Assembly (NCBI GenBank): GCA_964421635.1 | Contig: CAYQWZ010000005.1 | Coordinates: forward strand, 2,748-66,747 | Direction: 5' to 3' | DNA: 64,000 nt | Source: an uncultured Candidatus Saccharibacteria bacterium | GTDB taxonomy: Bacteria; Patescibacteriota; UBA1384; CAILIB01; JAUSJZ01 | Shown: positions 11,101 to 18,724 of the stretch, piece after piece | Layout of the letters: the number at the start of each line of letters is the position of its first letter | Numbering within the stretch: the first letter of the stretch is position 1 | Program-made: the position numbers and the translations under genes | Notes under the pieces: generated by a model | Told to the model about the DNA's origin: nothing | Seen by the model: only the letters and a program-made list of their open reading frames with translations | The model's database searches: none

Positions 11101-11108
11101 TCAAATAG
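5181..11108 (+). CDS. giant secreted repeat protein (1975 aa) with C-terminal tail-fibre-type intramolecular chaperone (Peptidase_S74-like) domain
   Basis: Single uninterrupted ORF; N-terminal signal peptide (..VFVPLQAESA); long G/T/A/S-rich beta-repeat region with large internal duplications; a lectin-like segment (~8.25-8.77 kb); near the C-terminus GYVVSSERYKENIVALQNNNTDWLYDLRPVSFDYKDKN..IGLIAEEVAEIFPNIV..SYSKLVVPLLNEVQNL matches the endosialidase/T5 L-shaped tail-fibre chaperone motif (S-x-x-R-x-K-x-N-I ... PV-x-Y/F-x-YK ... G-x-IAQEV ... Y-x-x-L-x-P-L-L), followed by a predicted coiled-coil. Confidence 0.9.
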   Translation: MKGGQITREFKLWRPLSRVFVWAVLALVVFVPLQAESAINKQLQFSGKLTKSDKTNVTNGAYGFKFEIFSVASGGSALWTETWNGSSSKITVTDGLFSIALGTYTDLSVVDFNSSSLYLAISFDPGNDGTYEELFTTRIRLTSSPYSLNSDKLDGKDESEFADLSEAETISNDWLFGEDIRFGDADNSNYIGFQAPANISTNVIWTLPSVDGTVNQVLKTDGNGTLSWADSSSGTIDLTSEVTGTLPITNGGTGQITAANAINALLPTQTGNSGKYLTTNGSVSSWAAVAGGGASNIADLDDVTISSVADNEIFQYDNGTSKWINQTFAEAGIAVTGDLHDAVTVVDSDTIDFTLSTQQITAIVIADSIDDTHIDWGSGANQVDLDDIPDGTSYERVAAAQLSSGIYIDASTATKGIASFTAADFDAASGVISIDYANGTAASGAAKGFLTAADWTTFNSKQAAGSYITSFTLAGTSGSNQTISQGDTLTIAAGTDITTTGGATDIITVANSSTLATVTGRGATTTTLVNLDGGIAVDTSNFTVSGTTGATAITAVNAASGSLNALGLSGTLGIFNGTDTFRGIYLNYTNANHTGSSNYVYGLDIAAITADAEATERAINVGVGWDVGLYIADAATYSLQLASTDGDAASGITFGTDTNLYRSAANTLKTDDALIVTGHTTFEGVTSTGATGTGKLVYGTSPTLATPILGAATYTTLSGGNITNSALTSGRLTYAGTSGILQDSANMTFGATYGLTLAAGSTSGLQLSSTAGTAAGGILLGTDTNIYRSAANILKTDDSFTVGTNLVVTGSTTLDTSLTGMVKASSGVISAASAGTDYLVPGGTLFTLAGTSGSNQTISQGNTLTIAAGTDITTTGGATDTVTVANSSTLATVTGRGATTTTLTNLDGGIAIDTDNFTVSGTSGALAIAGAMTTGTAANISFDSAGQTGALTGLNVDFSNITADGTNTVYGIHVQDPVSNTASTEYGIYQAGTNWDYGGYFEDDLRTTGMDIQQASADPQIHFDFYSSGASDNTGETVAGTGADDASMGTIAWSNPSRVTADDGSRAQCIFSGVSTCHYLKATNFGFSIPEGSSIIGIVATVEGLCPVWSGAATWESVRLVDGDGTIVGDDKSPDTAFPSGEDTKTDFGASDNTWSASLDRNDINDSDFGFVFTGSRSGGLNSQLLIDAMYVTVYYSSAEQDYDWTMGIDEDAGGIFAISRSAGTLGSNNALTIDSNSDVTISSDLSVTDTLTVNGVNAAGGSADATTLTGTLGAMDGSDTYRGLYLNYTNADHTGASNVFYGLDIAGITADADATEYAMNIGAGWDAGLYIADGATYSLQLASTDGDAASGITFGTDTNLYRSAADTLKTDDALIVTGHTTFEGVTSTGATGTGKLVYDNTPTLITPALGAATYTTLSGGNITNSALTSGRVTYAGTAGILQDSANMTFDTTNGLKLAAGSASALQLTSTAGTSVGGVMFGADTNLYRVYDTEARLQTDNPLNVGGTIQINPFISGGGYVSTYSYRDDTGGGGLSTNAARGTRATPTVIHDDDYLGNFNFNGYDGNSYEIGGQFRFMVDGTVSDGVVPGRFEVNTTTSGGVSTLGLTLDSAQKLWLGSTLDTNLYRGAANELTTDDLLSFSSTKAANAVDFKSYKPDSAGGAQFLFNTSAAISSATIFAVQENGTNAFLIDKDNQVLMPAVYNDTVGGTNRDLFIDNTGKLGYVVSSERYKENIVALQNNNTDWLYDLRPVSFDYKDKNLGVDQIGLIAEEVAEIFPNIVSYSRENPNLAETVSYSKLVVPLLNEVQNLNQDLSTVDIAVAQIQSDIIERLTTQTAILNTIESSAGKDLVLKSSSGKVIVDSSIEVNGKVIFHNDLTVHGEIAGVSIDLEENKSTGRGTIVNNEDKVYIKTDIIEPDDKVLLTPIITNKNETDLQGNSVQLYRGIIDEGIGFWVHVISSRDLEKELPFDWLIVK
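6590..9660 (+). repeat. large intragenic protein-level repeats inside the giant gene (unit ~6590-7715 repeated at ~7715-8060; unit ~6890-7560 repeated at ~8995-9640)
   Basis: Near-identical amino-acid stretches (e.g. FTLAGTSGSNQTISQG(D/N)TLTIAAGTDITTTGGATD..; YLNYTNA(N/D)HTG...LYRSAA(N/D)TLKTDDALIVTGHTTFEGVTSTGATGTGKLVY) encoded with many synonymous nucleotide differences. Confidence 0.85.
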
Positions 11109-11129
11109 TTCTAGTATTATAGTATTGTA

Positions 11130-12800
11130 ATGCTTTTTTGGTACACTTTTTTTTCGTTGATTGTCTTCTCCCCCATCCTTTATGTTTATGGATTCGGAGG
11201 ATTTGAAGCAGCTAAAATTACTTTCTTTTTAATTACAGGCTCATTAATGCTCATCGCTTTCGTCAAAAACAAAAAGAATAATAATGACTCTATAATTATT
11301 AATCGACCGCTTACCACTTACTCCTTAATAGCTTTGGCAAGCTATATTACTGTTAGGTCTTTCTTTTGTGAAGGATTAAACTTGGCTTGGCTTGGCTCTT
11401 ATCTAACTCATCTTGGATCCTTCGTTTGGCTGGTTTTTGTTTTGCTGATAATTGCTTTAATAAATTTGAGAGGAAATGAAAAGATTAAAAAAACTATTAT
11501 TCTATCGGCTTTTATATCTTTAGTAGCGGTTTTAATATCTGTTGCTCTGCAACACTTCGGCTTGATGGGAGGGGAGTGGCACATCTTTGACGATCCAACA
11601 CGGGGAAGAACTCTTTTCGGTTCAATTGGCAGCTCTACTTATTTAGGCATAGTAATTACCATGTTGACATTTATAAGCCTACCTCTGATTCGTGCTTCTA
11701 ATAATATTTTCCGATACTTAGCTATCACTGTTTTAGCCATTGCAACCATTACAGTCTTTCTAACAAAATCTATTACTGGTATAGCTATTTTAGTGCTAGG
11801 CCTCGCCCTTCATTTACTTAAGGCTCCACAGTATATAAATAAATTTATTTTTATTTCACTGTTCATTATAATTTCTATATCGCCCTTTGTTTTATTATCA
11901 CCTAAAATGCAATCTTCATTATCTTCGGTTGCTCCCTCTTTAGTAGATAGAGCCTATATTTGGCAAAGCTCTATTGACTCGCTTGATAATTCAAAAACAA
12001 TTTTGTTTGGAGCCGGCTCAGAACATTTTCAATTTCTATATGATCAGCATTTTCCTCAAGAAAGAATCGACCTGCCTTCTGTTACTGAAGAGGAACCGCA
12101 TAATATAATTTTAGAAATTCTAACTGAATGGGGTTTAGTAGGATTATTACTATTTCTTACTTTCTCATACTATTTATTACAAGAAAGTAAGCTTAACAAA
12201 ACCGCCACTTTGAACTTGTTACTACTATGGTTGCTACTACAATTTAATTTTTTGTCTGCCAATCTGCTTGTAATATCTTTAATACTAATTAAATTAGCCT
12301 TTGAGATAAAATCTCAAAAGAGTATCATCCTTAGAACAAAGTTGCTTCTTCCCCTTAGCGCTCTAATATTTGTTTTATCTTCAGTAATTGGGTTGGGTAC
12401 TATTGCTTCATCTGTTGCTAATCATTTTGGAGGAGTGAGTTCAGCTAAATTAGATTTCAATAAATCTGTCAGTATTTTCGAACAAGCTACAAAATATTCT
12501 ATATTTGATAAATCCTTTACTTTACTTCAGTTGGCCGAAGCCAGAGCCAACCGAGCCATATTAAATAATGACTATAGTGATTATGCCCAGACCGAAGAAA
12601 TTTTACTACAAGCTCTCAAAGGAAATCCTAGTGCGCGGCAATATGCCATCGCTATTCGTATCATTGAGGCATACGCCGCGCACGACAACAACGCTTCACG
12701 AGAGCTATCTCGCACCGTAAATTTATTCGCAAAAAAATGGGGTAGCCATCCTAAACACCAAGATATAATTAAGAGCTTTAAAAAGGTTGGTTGGTTATAA
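11130..12800 (+). CDS. O-antigen ligase family (Wzy_C) polytopic membrane protein with C-terminal TPR-like soluble domain; candidate O-oligosaccharyltransferase
   Basis: About 10 TM helices; Wzy_C signature region ..GAGSEHFQFLY...PHNIILEILTEWGLVGLLLFL; C-terminal ~150 aa helical repeat region; 21 nt downstream of giant gene. Confidence 0.7.
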   Translation: MLFWYTFFSLIVFSPILYVYGFGGFEAAKITFFLITGSLMLIAFVKNKKNNNDSIIINRPLTTYSLIALASYITVRSFFCEGLNLAWLGSYLTHLGSFVWLVFVLLIIALINLRGNEKIKKTIILSAFISLVAVLISVALQHFGLMGGEWHIFDDPTRGRTLFGSIGSSTYLGIVITMLTFISLPLIRASNNIFRYLAITVLAIATITVFLTKSITGIAILVLGLALHLLKAPQYINKFIFISLFIIISISPFVLLSPKMQSSLSSVAPSLVDRAYIWQSSIDSLDNSKTILFGAGSEHFQFLYDQHFPQERIDLPSVTEEEPHNIILEILTEWGLVGLLLFLTFSYYLLQESKLNKTATLNLLLLWLLLQFNFLSANLLVISLILIKLAFEIKSQKSIILRTKLLLPLSALIFVLSSVIGLGTIASSVANHFGGVSSAKLDFNKSVSIFEQATKYSIFDKSFTLLQLAEARANRAILNNDYSDYAQTEEILLQALKGNPSARQYAIAIRIIEAYAAHDNNASRELSRTVNLFAKKWGSHPKHQDIIKSFKKVGWL

Positions 12801-12880
12801 TACCCCAAATAGCAGCCAAAATTATACCTAGTATTACGACGATCATTGAGAGAATCTGCATTAGAGGAGTAATTGGTATT

Positions 12881-13441
12881 TTAGACATTTGCTGTTTGCA
12901 CTAACATATTTATATAAAAACCTACATAGTAAGTGACAAGAGCGGCTACTCCACCAACCGAGGTAGAAATTAAACCATCTTTTAAAATGTTTTCTTTAAG
13001 CGCCCAACCCTTAACTACACCAACCAAAAAGAGAGCCACAAGAGTCGAAATAATTGAAAGCTGAAATATAACTCCGCTAGCTATCGGATTAAAATAATTC
13101 CAAACATAACCCATAAGAGGAATAAAACCCACTATATTAAAAGCTAGAAAAGTAACTACGGCACCCGGTAGCGGATTAAGCTCCTCATCAATATTTTGTA
13201 CTTTTAAACGCTTTGATTCCGTTTTATTGAGTTGTTTAGCACTTCCCCCGCTCATAAAACGACCAACAGACATAGAAAATCCATCTGCAAAAAGATTAGC
13301 AAACCCCAAAACAATAACTGCAAAAGAGGGGAGTCCAGCCCCAACAATCCCCGCCACTACCGCAAAAGTAGTTACTGCCCCATCCATTCCCCCATAAACA
13401 AAATCAATTATCCAATATGGGGCTTTCTCGTTTTTATCCAT
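12881..13441 (-). CDS. VIT1/CCC1-family iron/manganese transporter
   Basis: [14 protein letters not shown] motif and 5 TM helices typical of the VIT family. Confidence 0.75.
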   Translation of the reverse strand: MDKNEKAPYWIIDFVYGGMDGAVTTFAVVAGIVGAGLPSFAVIVLGFANLFADGFSMSVGRFMSGGSAKQLNKTESKRLKVQNIDEELNPLPGAVVTFLAFNIVGFIPLMGYVWNYFNPIASGVIFQLSIISTLVALFLVGVVKGWALKENILKDGLISTSVGGVAALVTYYVGFYINMLVQTANV

Positions 13442-13473
13442 ATATCTATTTTACTAAAAATGCCCCCATTCAC

Positions 13474-14694
13474 CTATGCGCTATCTACATACAATTCAGC
13501 TAAAGCCCCCGCTACATCTCTGTGCTCACCAATAAGAGGAAAATGATGCATTTCAAAGTATGGTTTAGGATTAGCCTCAACTATATATAGTTTTTGCTTT
13601 TTATAGGAAACTCCTAAATCTTGAGCGATAATATCGAGCCCCACTATTGGCACCTTCAGCAGCGTCGCCACTCGCTCAAACAACGCTCTGTTGTGCGGAT
13701 GAGTAGTTGAGGTAACATCGTAAATATCGGCGGCTGAAGCCAAATTAATTTTGTTAGACAAATTTTTTCTCTCCCCTTTTTTGAGTACCGTAGCTAAGTT
13801 ACAGTTACTCTCAGCCAGTTTTTTCAATAACGAATTATTTATCTCCACTATATGCATAGGATGATTTCGAGAATTAACCGGACCACGATATTTTTCGTTA
13901 TTCTTTTTTTCAATTAAAGCAGCAATGGTACTTCTGCCGTCTCCCTCAATTGAGGATGGCATTCTTTTAGCTACCGCTATTTGACTAAAACCAACCATAG
14001 TAGCGCGATAGTCGAATCCTTCTACAAACTCTTCTACTAAAACTTCAAGCGAAATTAGAAAAACAGATTTTATGGCCGCTTTTACCTGTTTGGCTGACTT
14101 AATATTGACAAAAGTGTGCCGCGACAAAGAACCGTCCGCGGGCTTAATAACAATAGATTTATTCTGACCTAGAAGCTGGTTAGCGTATCTTAGCGCCGGA
14201 CTAAAAAAGATAAACTTAGCGCCGGGCACAAACGGCAGCTGATGCTCATACAGTAATTTTTTAAACTCCATTTTATCGTCATAAATGAAGGAACCGACCG
14301 CCAAAGCGCTGTTCGACGGTATTGTTTCAAACAACATTCTTCTGCTATCACTTTGCAACTCGCATATTTGCATTGGGAAAACCCCGAAAAGATAAAATGT
14401 AGAGACCATCATTCCGCGCTTGGCGCAGGCTAGAGCAAAAAGTTTGGTACGCAAATGAACCCGACTATTTCCTATTGGCATTTTGAGCACTAATATTCGG
14501 CTGAGATAGCCAAATGTTACAAAAAATAAAGTAATATAAGAGCTCAAAAACAGATAGAATCTTCTAAATCTTTTCGCTAGCGGAATAATTGGCCAAAAGA
14601 AAAAATAGAACATCCTTGAAAAAGAAAGGATGATTCTTTCAGTTGAATGCAAATAATTAGCCTTTATTGGCTCACAGTGCAAACATTGTTTCAT
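13474..14694 (-). CDS. membrane-anchored ATP-grasp domain protein (RimK/D-Ala-D-Ala-ligase-like fold)
   Basis: N-terminal TM helices followed by ATP-grasp-like core (..IVIKPADGSLSRHTFV.., ..LYIVEANPKPYFEMHH..). Confidence 0.55.
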   Translation of the reverse strand: MKQCLHCEPIKANYLHSTERIILSFSRMFYFFFWPIIPLAKRFRRFYLFLSSYITLFFVTFGYLSRILVLKMPIGNSRVHLRTKLFALACAKRGMMVSTFYLFGVFPMQICELQSDSRRMLFETIPSNSALAVGSFIYDDKMEFKKLLYEHQLPFVPGAKFIFFSPALRYANQLLGQNKSIVIKPADGSLSRHTFVNIKSAKQVKAAIKSVFLISLEVLVEEFVEGFDYRATMVGFSQIAVAKRMPSSIEGDGRSTIAALIEKKNNEKYRGPVNSRNHPMHIVEINNSLLKKLAESNCNLATVLKKGERKNLSNKINLASAADIYDVTSTTHPHNRALFERVATLLKVPIVGLDIIAQDLGVSYKKQKLYIVEANPKPYFEMHHFPLIGEHRDVAGALAELYVDSA

Positions 14695-14734
14695 ATATTA
14701 ATACTAGCAGCTTTCAAAAAAGCAAAGGCACTTT

Positions 14735-15553
14735 TTAGCTTGTAGACCGTAGCTTAGAAATCAAAATACTCAAAAGCAAAATTAATCCGGCTAAGACAGC
14801 AATAGTTGGACCAGTTGGCAGGTTGTAATTGGCAGAAATCAGTAATCCGGCAATTACACTAAATAAAGATACAATTGGCGTAATAATGTACATATTGCGC
14901 AAAGAGCGAGCGTACACGCGAGCGATGGTAGCGGGCATTACAATTAGTGCATTTACTAAGATAATTCCGACGAGCTGAAGAGCAGCTACTACTGTCATGG
15001 CTAATAGAATATGAAAAATAGTATCAATGCGATCTACTTTGACTCCAGTAGTTTTGGCCAAATCTTTATCTATTGAAATTAGCAAAATTTGTTTTCTATA
15101 AAGAAATAGAAAGCAAAGCACCACTATCACCAAGCCAACCAACCAGTAAAGCTCAACTGTGCCAATAGTCAAAATACTACCAAATAGAAAACTAATCAGT
15201 TCTGGCTGGTAACCGGGCATAAAAGCCAGTAATAAAACTCCGAGCGCCAACGCCGAGGGCAATAGTGAGCCTAAAATATTATCTAGGGGCAGATGCGATG
15301 ATTTTTGTAAAATTGGCAAAAAGTAAGCTACAACAACTGCGAATATTACAGTAGTCACTAAAGGATTAACAGAAAACAATAAACCCAAAGCCACACCGGC
15401 TAAAGAGGCGTGAGCGATAGCATCCCCAAAAAATGAGGCGCGCCGCAAAACCACTTGAATGCCCATAAATGAAGTAAGTACGGCTACTAATAGTCCTCCT
15501 ATTGCGGCGCGCTGAAAAAAAGGCAGGTTAATTATTTCAAGCAGTTCATTCAT
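14735..15553 (-). CDS. metal (Zn/Mn) ABC transporter permease, ZnuB/TroC family
   Basis: ABC-3 family permease, 8 TM helices, conserved GDAIAHASLAGVALG; overlaps upstream ATPase gene by 8 nt. Confidence 0.85.
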   Translation of the reverse strand: MNELLEIINLPFFQRAAIGGLLVAVLTSFMGIQVVLRRASFFGDAIAHASLAGVALGLLFSVNPLVTTVIFAVVVAYFLPILQKSSHLPLDNILGSLLPSALALGVLLLAFMPGYQPELISFLFGSILTIGTVELYWLVGLVIVVLCFLFLYRKQILLISIDKDLAKTTGVKVDRIDTIFHILLAMTVVAALQLVGIILVNALIVMPATIARVYARSLRNMYIITPIVSLFSVIAGLLISANYNLPTGPTIAVLAGLILLLSILISKLRSTS

Positions 15554-16256
15554 TACCGTAGAGCTTACTAATAGTAGTTTTTCTCAAAACCTTATCAACC
15601 GGCCCAAAAGCCAGAACTTTTTTATTAATCACTAGCACTAAATCGGCATACTTCTTAACATAATCTAGCTCATGCGAAACTAAAATTGCAGTCATATCTT
15701 TTTCTTTGACCATTTTGGAAATTAAATTAAAGAAGGATATTTCTCCAGAAGTATCGATACCCGCCTCAGGCTCATCTAATATTAATAATTTGGGCGAGTG
15801 AATAATAGATTTTGCCAATAACACTCGTTGTAATTGTCCACCAGAGATTTCAGACAACATTGAATTTAAAATATTTTTGGCACCAACCTGAGAAAGAGCT
15901 TTAACAATACTTTTTTTTGGATTCGACAAACACTCCTCGCAGCTACATTCGGCTAGACTGATCTTTAAAAACTCTTCTACTGTAATAGGAAAACTTCTGT
16001 CAAAATTAAAATTCTGAGGTAGATAGCCAATTTGGTGATATTCTTTTTCAACCCGATTACCAAAAACTTGAACACTGCCCTCACTTTCAATTAAGCCCAA
16101 AATTGCTTTTATTAGTGTAGATTTTCCCGAACCGTTGGGCCCAATTACCATTAAAATCTTTCCCTTTGGCAGCTCAAAATTGATGTCTTTTATGGCATCA
16201 TAATTTATTTTAGGATACTTAACAGTCAGATTTTTTACAGAAACTACAGTTTTCAT
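15546..16256 (-). CDS. metal ABC transporter ATP-binding protein, ZnuC/TroB family
   Basis: Walker A GPNGSGKST, signature ISGGQLQRVLLAKS, Walker B LLILDEP. Confidence 0.85.
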   Translation of the reverse strand: MKTVVSVKNLTVKYPKINYDAIKDINFELPKGKILMVIGPNGSGKSTLIKAILGLIESEGSVQVFGNRVEKEYHQIGYLPQNFNFDRSFPITVEEFLKISLAECSCEECLSNPKKSIVKALSQVGAKNILNSMLSEISGGQLQRVLLAKSIIHSPKLLILDEPEAGIDTSGEISFFNLISKMVKEKDMTAILVSHELDYVKKYADLVLVINKKVLAFGPVDKVLRKTTISKLYGNE

Positions 16257-17167
16257 TAGTTCTCTTCGCTATTTTCGACTACTGAATTAGCCAGAATTTT
16301 ATCTAAATTATACTTAATCATAGTGATATAACTATAAGCTTCGTTGCTACCGCCAAGAGGGTCGAGAGTATCAATTTTTACCCCCAAGTCTGTCGCTAAA
16401 GATTCAATAGCCGAAGTTGAAAATTGTGGCTCAGCGTAAAGAACCGTAATACTGTTCTTCTGAATTTGATCACTAAACTCTTTTAGCCAAGCGGCAGAGG
16501 GCTCTTCGCCAGGAAACTCCTCAAAAGTAGCTACTACTTCAAATCCTACTGAATCTGCTAAATAAGCAAAGGCGTTGTGAAAAGTAGCAATTTTAATGTC
16601 CTGTTCGGCAAATTTGTTTTGATAAAATTTTTGTAGCTGCTCGGTATTTTTTATAAATATTGCTAAGTTGCTCTCGATTTCTACCTGATATTGAGGATAA
16701 AGCGCAATCAAATTATCACTAACTGCCCGAGCAATAGCAGCCGAGTTGTTTAAACTTAACCAATAATGAGGATCTTCCCCTTCTTCACCGTCTGAAATTA
16801 AAGTCGAGCCACTATCGACAACGACTGAATGCAGCCCAAGCGCTTGAACAATTTCGTCAATAATATAGTTGTCTACTCCATGGCCAAAAGAAAAAACCGC
16901 GTCAGCCTGACTCAGCTCTTTCAACTTTTTGCTTGATATTGAAAAAGTATGTGGACTAGAGCCCGTATCGACAATTAATCCTACATCAATTAAATCCCCA
17001 GCAAGCGTCCTTGTAATATCATACAAAGGATAAATTGTGGTCGCTACTTTTGGTTTATCAGACGACTTAAAAATGCTGTTGCTACTGAAAAGTTTAGCGA
17101 CCCAAAAAGCTCCGGCTACAGCAATAACAATTGAAACTATCCAGACAGTATATTTTTTGTACATCAA
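16256..17167 (-). CDS. metal ABC transporter substrate-binding protein, ZnuA/TroA family
   Basis: N-terminal anchor/signal, TroA-like cluster-9 SBP signatures (..TTIYPLYD.., ..HPHYWLS..) with acidic loop DGEEGED. Confidence 0.8.
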   Translation of the reverse strand: MMYKKYTVWIVSIVIAVAGAFWVAKLFSSNSIFKSSDKPKVATTIYPLYDITRTLAGDLIDVGLIVDTGSSPHTFSISSKKLKELSQADAVFSFGHGVDNYIIDEIVQALGLHSVVVDSGSTLISDGEEGEDPHYWLSLNNSAAIARAVSDNLIALYPQYQVEIESNLAIFIKNTEQLQKFYQNKFAEQDIKIATFHNAFAYLADSVGFEVVATFEEFPGEEPSAAWLKEFSDQIQKNSITVLYAEPQFSTSAIESLATDLGVKIDTLDPLGGSNEAYSYITMIKYNLDKILANSVVENSEEN

Positions 17168-17168
17168 T

Positions 17169-18710
17169 TTAATTATAGGTTATTAGACTGTCTCCTGTCA
17201 TTTCTGGAGGACGAGATAACCCCATAATATCTAAAATTGTTGGAGCTACATCTTGCTGGCCACCATTTTTGAGCTTAATTTTATTTTTAGCCAGCAGTTC
17301 GTCGTTAGAGATAATGTAAAATCCTACCGGATTAGTAGAGTGAGAAGGCTTCGGCGTTCCATCATCGTAAAGCTTATCTTCGGCATTGCCATGGTCAGAT
17401 GTATAAACAACCACATAGTCGTTCGCTAAAGCGGTTTTTGTCACTTCGGCTACTGTTTTATCAACCGTCTCAACAGCTTTAATAATGGCTTCCTTCTGTG
17501 CCGTGTGCCCCACTAAATCACAGTTGGCAAAATTTATTAAAATAAAATCGTACTTCTGCTCCTCAATTTTGGTTATAGCTTCAACTACAATTTTTGCAGC
17601 TGACATTTTGGGCGCTTCATCATAAGAAGGAACTTTGAGCGACGGCACCATTATTCTATCTTCACCTTCATTTGGCTCTTCTCGCTGAGAATTAAAAAAG
17701 TAGGTTACATGAGCGTATTTCTCCGTTTCTGCAATCCTTAACTGTTTCAAATTTAGAGTTGCTAACACCTGCCCTAAATTATTATTTATTACCTCTTCTT
17801 GAAAAGCAGCCATTGATTCCATTCCGTTGTCGTATGCAGTCATAGTAACAATATTTACATCTGGCCAAACTGGTCGTTCAAATTTATCAAAATCTTCATC
17901 TAATAGAGCATGAGTCAGCTGGCGTGGCCGGTCAGTTCTAAAATTAAAGAAAATCATAGCATCATTATCTGCTAACTGCCCCTTGGGCGAGCCGTTTTGA
18001 TTATAAATAACAGTCGGCGGCAGATAATAATCTGTTTTAGCACCATTCTTGTAACCAATTTCGACTGCCTGTTTGGCGCTTGAAGCCTTGGCCCCAATTG
18101 AACCTGTAAGCATATTGAAGGCTTTTTTTGTTCGCTCCCAGTTTTTATCTCTATCCATAGCGTAGTATCGCCCGACCACAGTGGCTATTTCTCCTCCTGC
18201 ATCCTCAATTTCTTTAATATATTTTTGGGCCGAGCGCTCAGCCACATCTCGACCATCAGCAATAAAATGGATGCGGACTTTCTCTACCCCTTCATCTTTA
18301 GCCATCAGCATAAGGGCTTTGAGATGATCTATGTGAGCATGCACGCCCTCGTCTGAACAAAGACCCATTAAATGCAGAGTACTTTTGGAGTCTTTAGCAT
18401 GACGCATAGCCGCCAATAATTTATCATTTTTAAAAAAACTTTTATCTTCTATGGCTTTATTAATTCGCTCATAAAGCTGCCAGACAATCCTTCCTGCTCC
18501 CATATGTAAATGTCCAACTTCAGAATTTCCCTGCGCCCCCTTTGGCAAACCAACTGCTGACCCCGAAGCCTTGTTGGAACAATGGGCATAAGTTCGTTTA
18601 ATCTTATTCAAAAATGGAGTCTTAGCTTGCGACGCAAAATTGCCCGGCCCTTTGGGAGCTTCACCTAGCCCATCGGCAACAATTAAAACTACTTTTCTTT
18701 GTGGTTCCAC
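17169..18710 (-). CDS. gpmI: 2,3-bisphosphoglycerate-independent phosphoglycerate mutase
   Basis: 513 aa; iPGM metalloenzyme motifs (LIVADGLGEAP, SEVGHLHMGAGR, TSDHGN). Confidence 0.85.
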   Translation of the reverse strand: MEPQRKVVLIVADGLGEAPKGPGNFASQAKTPFLNKIKRTYAHCSNKASGSAVGLPKGAQGNSEVGHLHMGAGRIVWQLYERINKAIEDKSFFKNDKLLAAMRHAKDSKSTLHLMGLCSDEGVHAHIDHLKALMLMAKDEGVEKVRIHFIADGRDVAERSAQKYIKEIEDAGGEIATVVGRYYAMDRDKNWERTKKAFNMLTGSIGAKASSAKQAVEIGYKNGAKTDYYLPPTVIYNQNGSPKGQLADNDAMIFFNFRTDRPRQLTHALLDEDFDKFERPVWPDVNIVTMTAYDNGMESMAAFQEEVINNNLGQVLATLNLKQLRIAETEKYAHVTYFFNSQREEPNEGEDRIMVPSLKVPSYDEAPKMSAAKIVVEAITKIEEQKYDFILINFANCDLVGHTAQKEAIIKAVETVDKTVAEVTKTALANDYVVVYTSDHGNAEDKLYDDGTPKPSHSTNPVGFYIISNDELLAKNKIKLKNGGQQDVAPTILDIMGLSRPPEMTGDSLITYN

Positions 18711-18724
18711 TTTCTATAGGATAA

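Noticed and set aside
2120-12800. Prophage tail module
   Set aside because: Despite the tail-fibre-type chaperone domain there are no capsid, portal, terminase, tape-measure, baseplate or integrase genes; neighbours are signal-peptide surface proteins and a Wzy_C enzyme
12808-12895. ~30-aa minus-strand mini-ORF after the Wzy_C gene
   Set aside because: No RBS, very short, likely chance ORF in an AT-rich spacer
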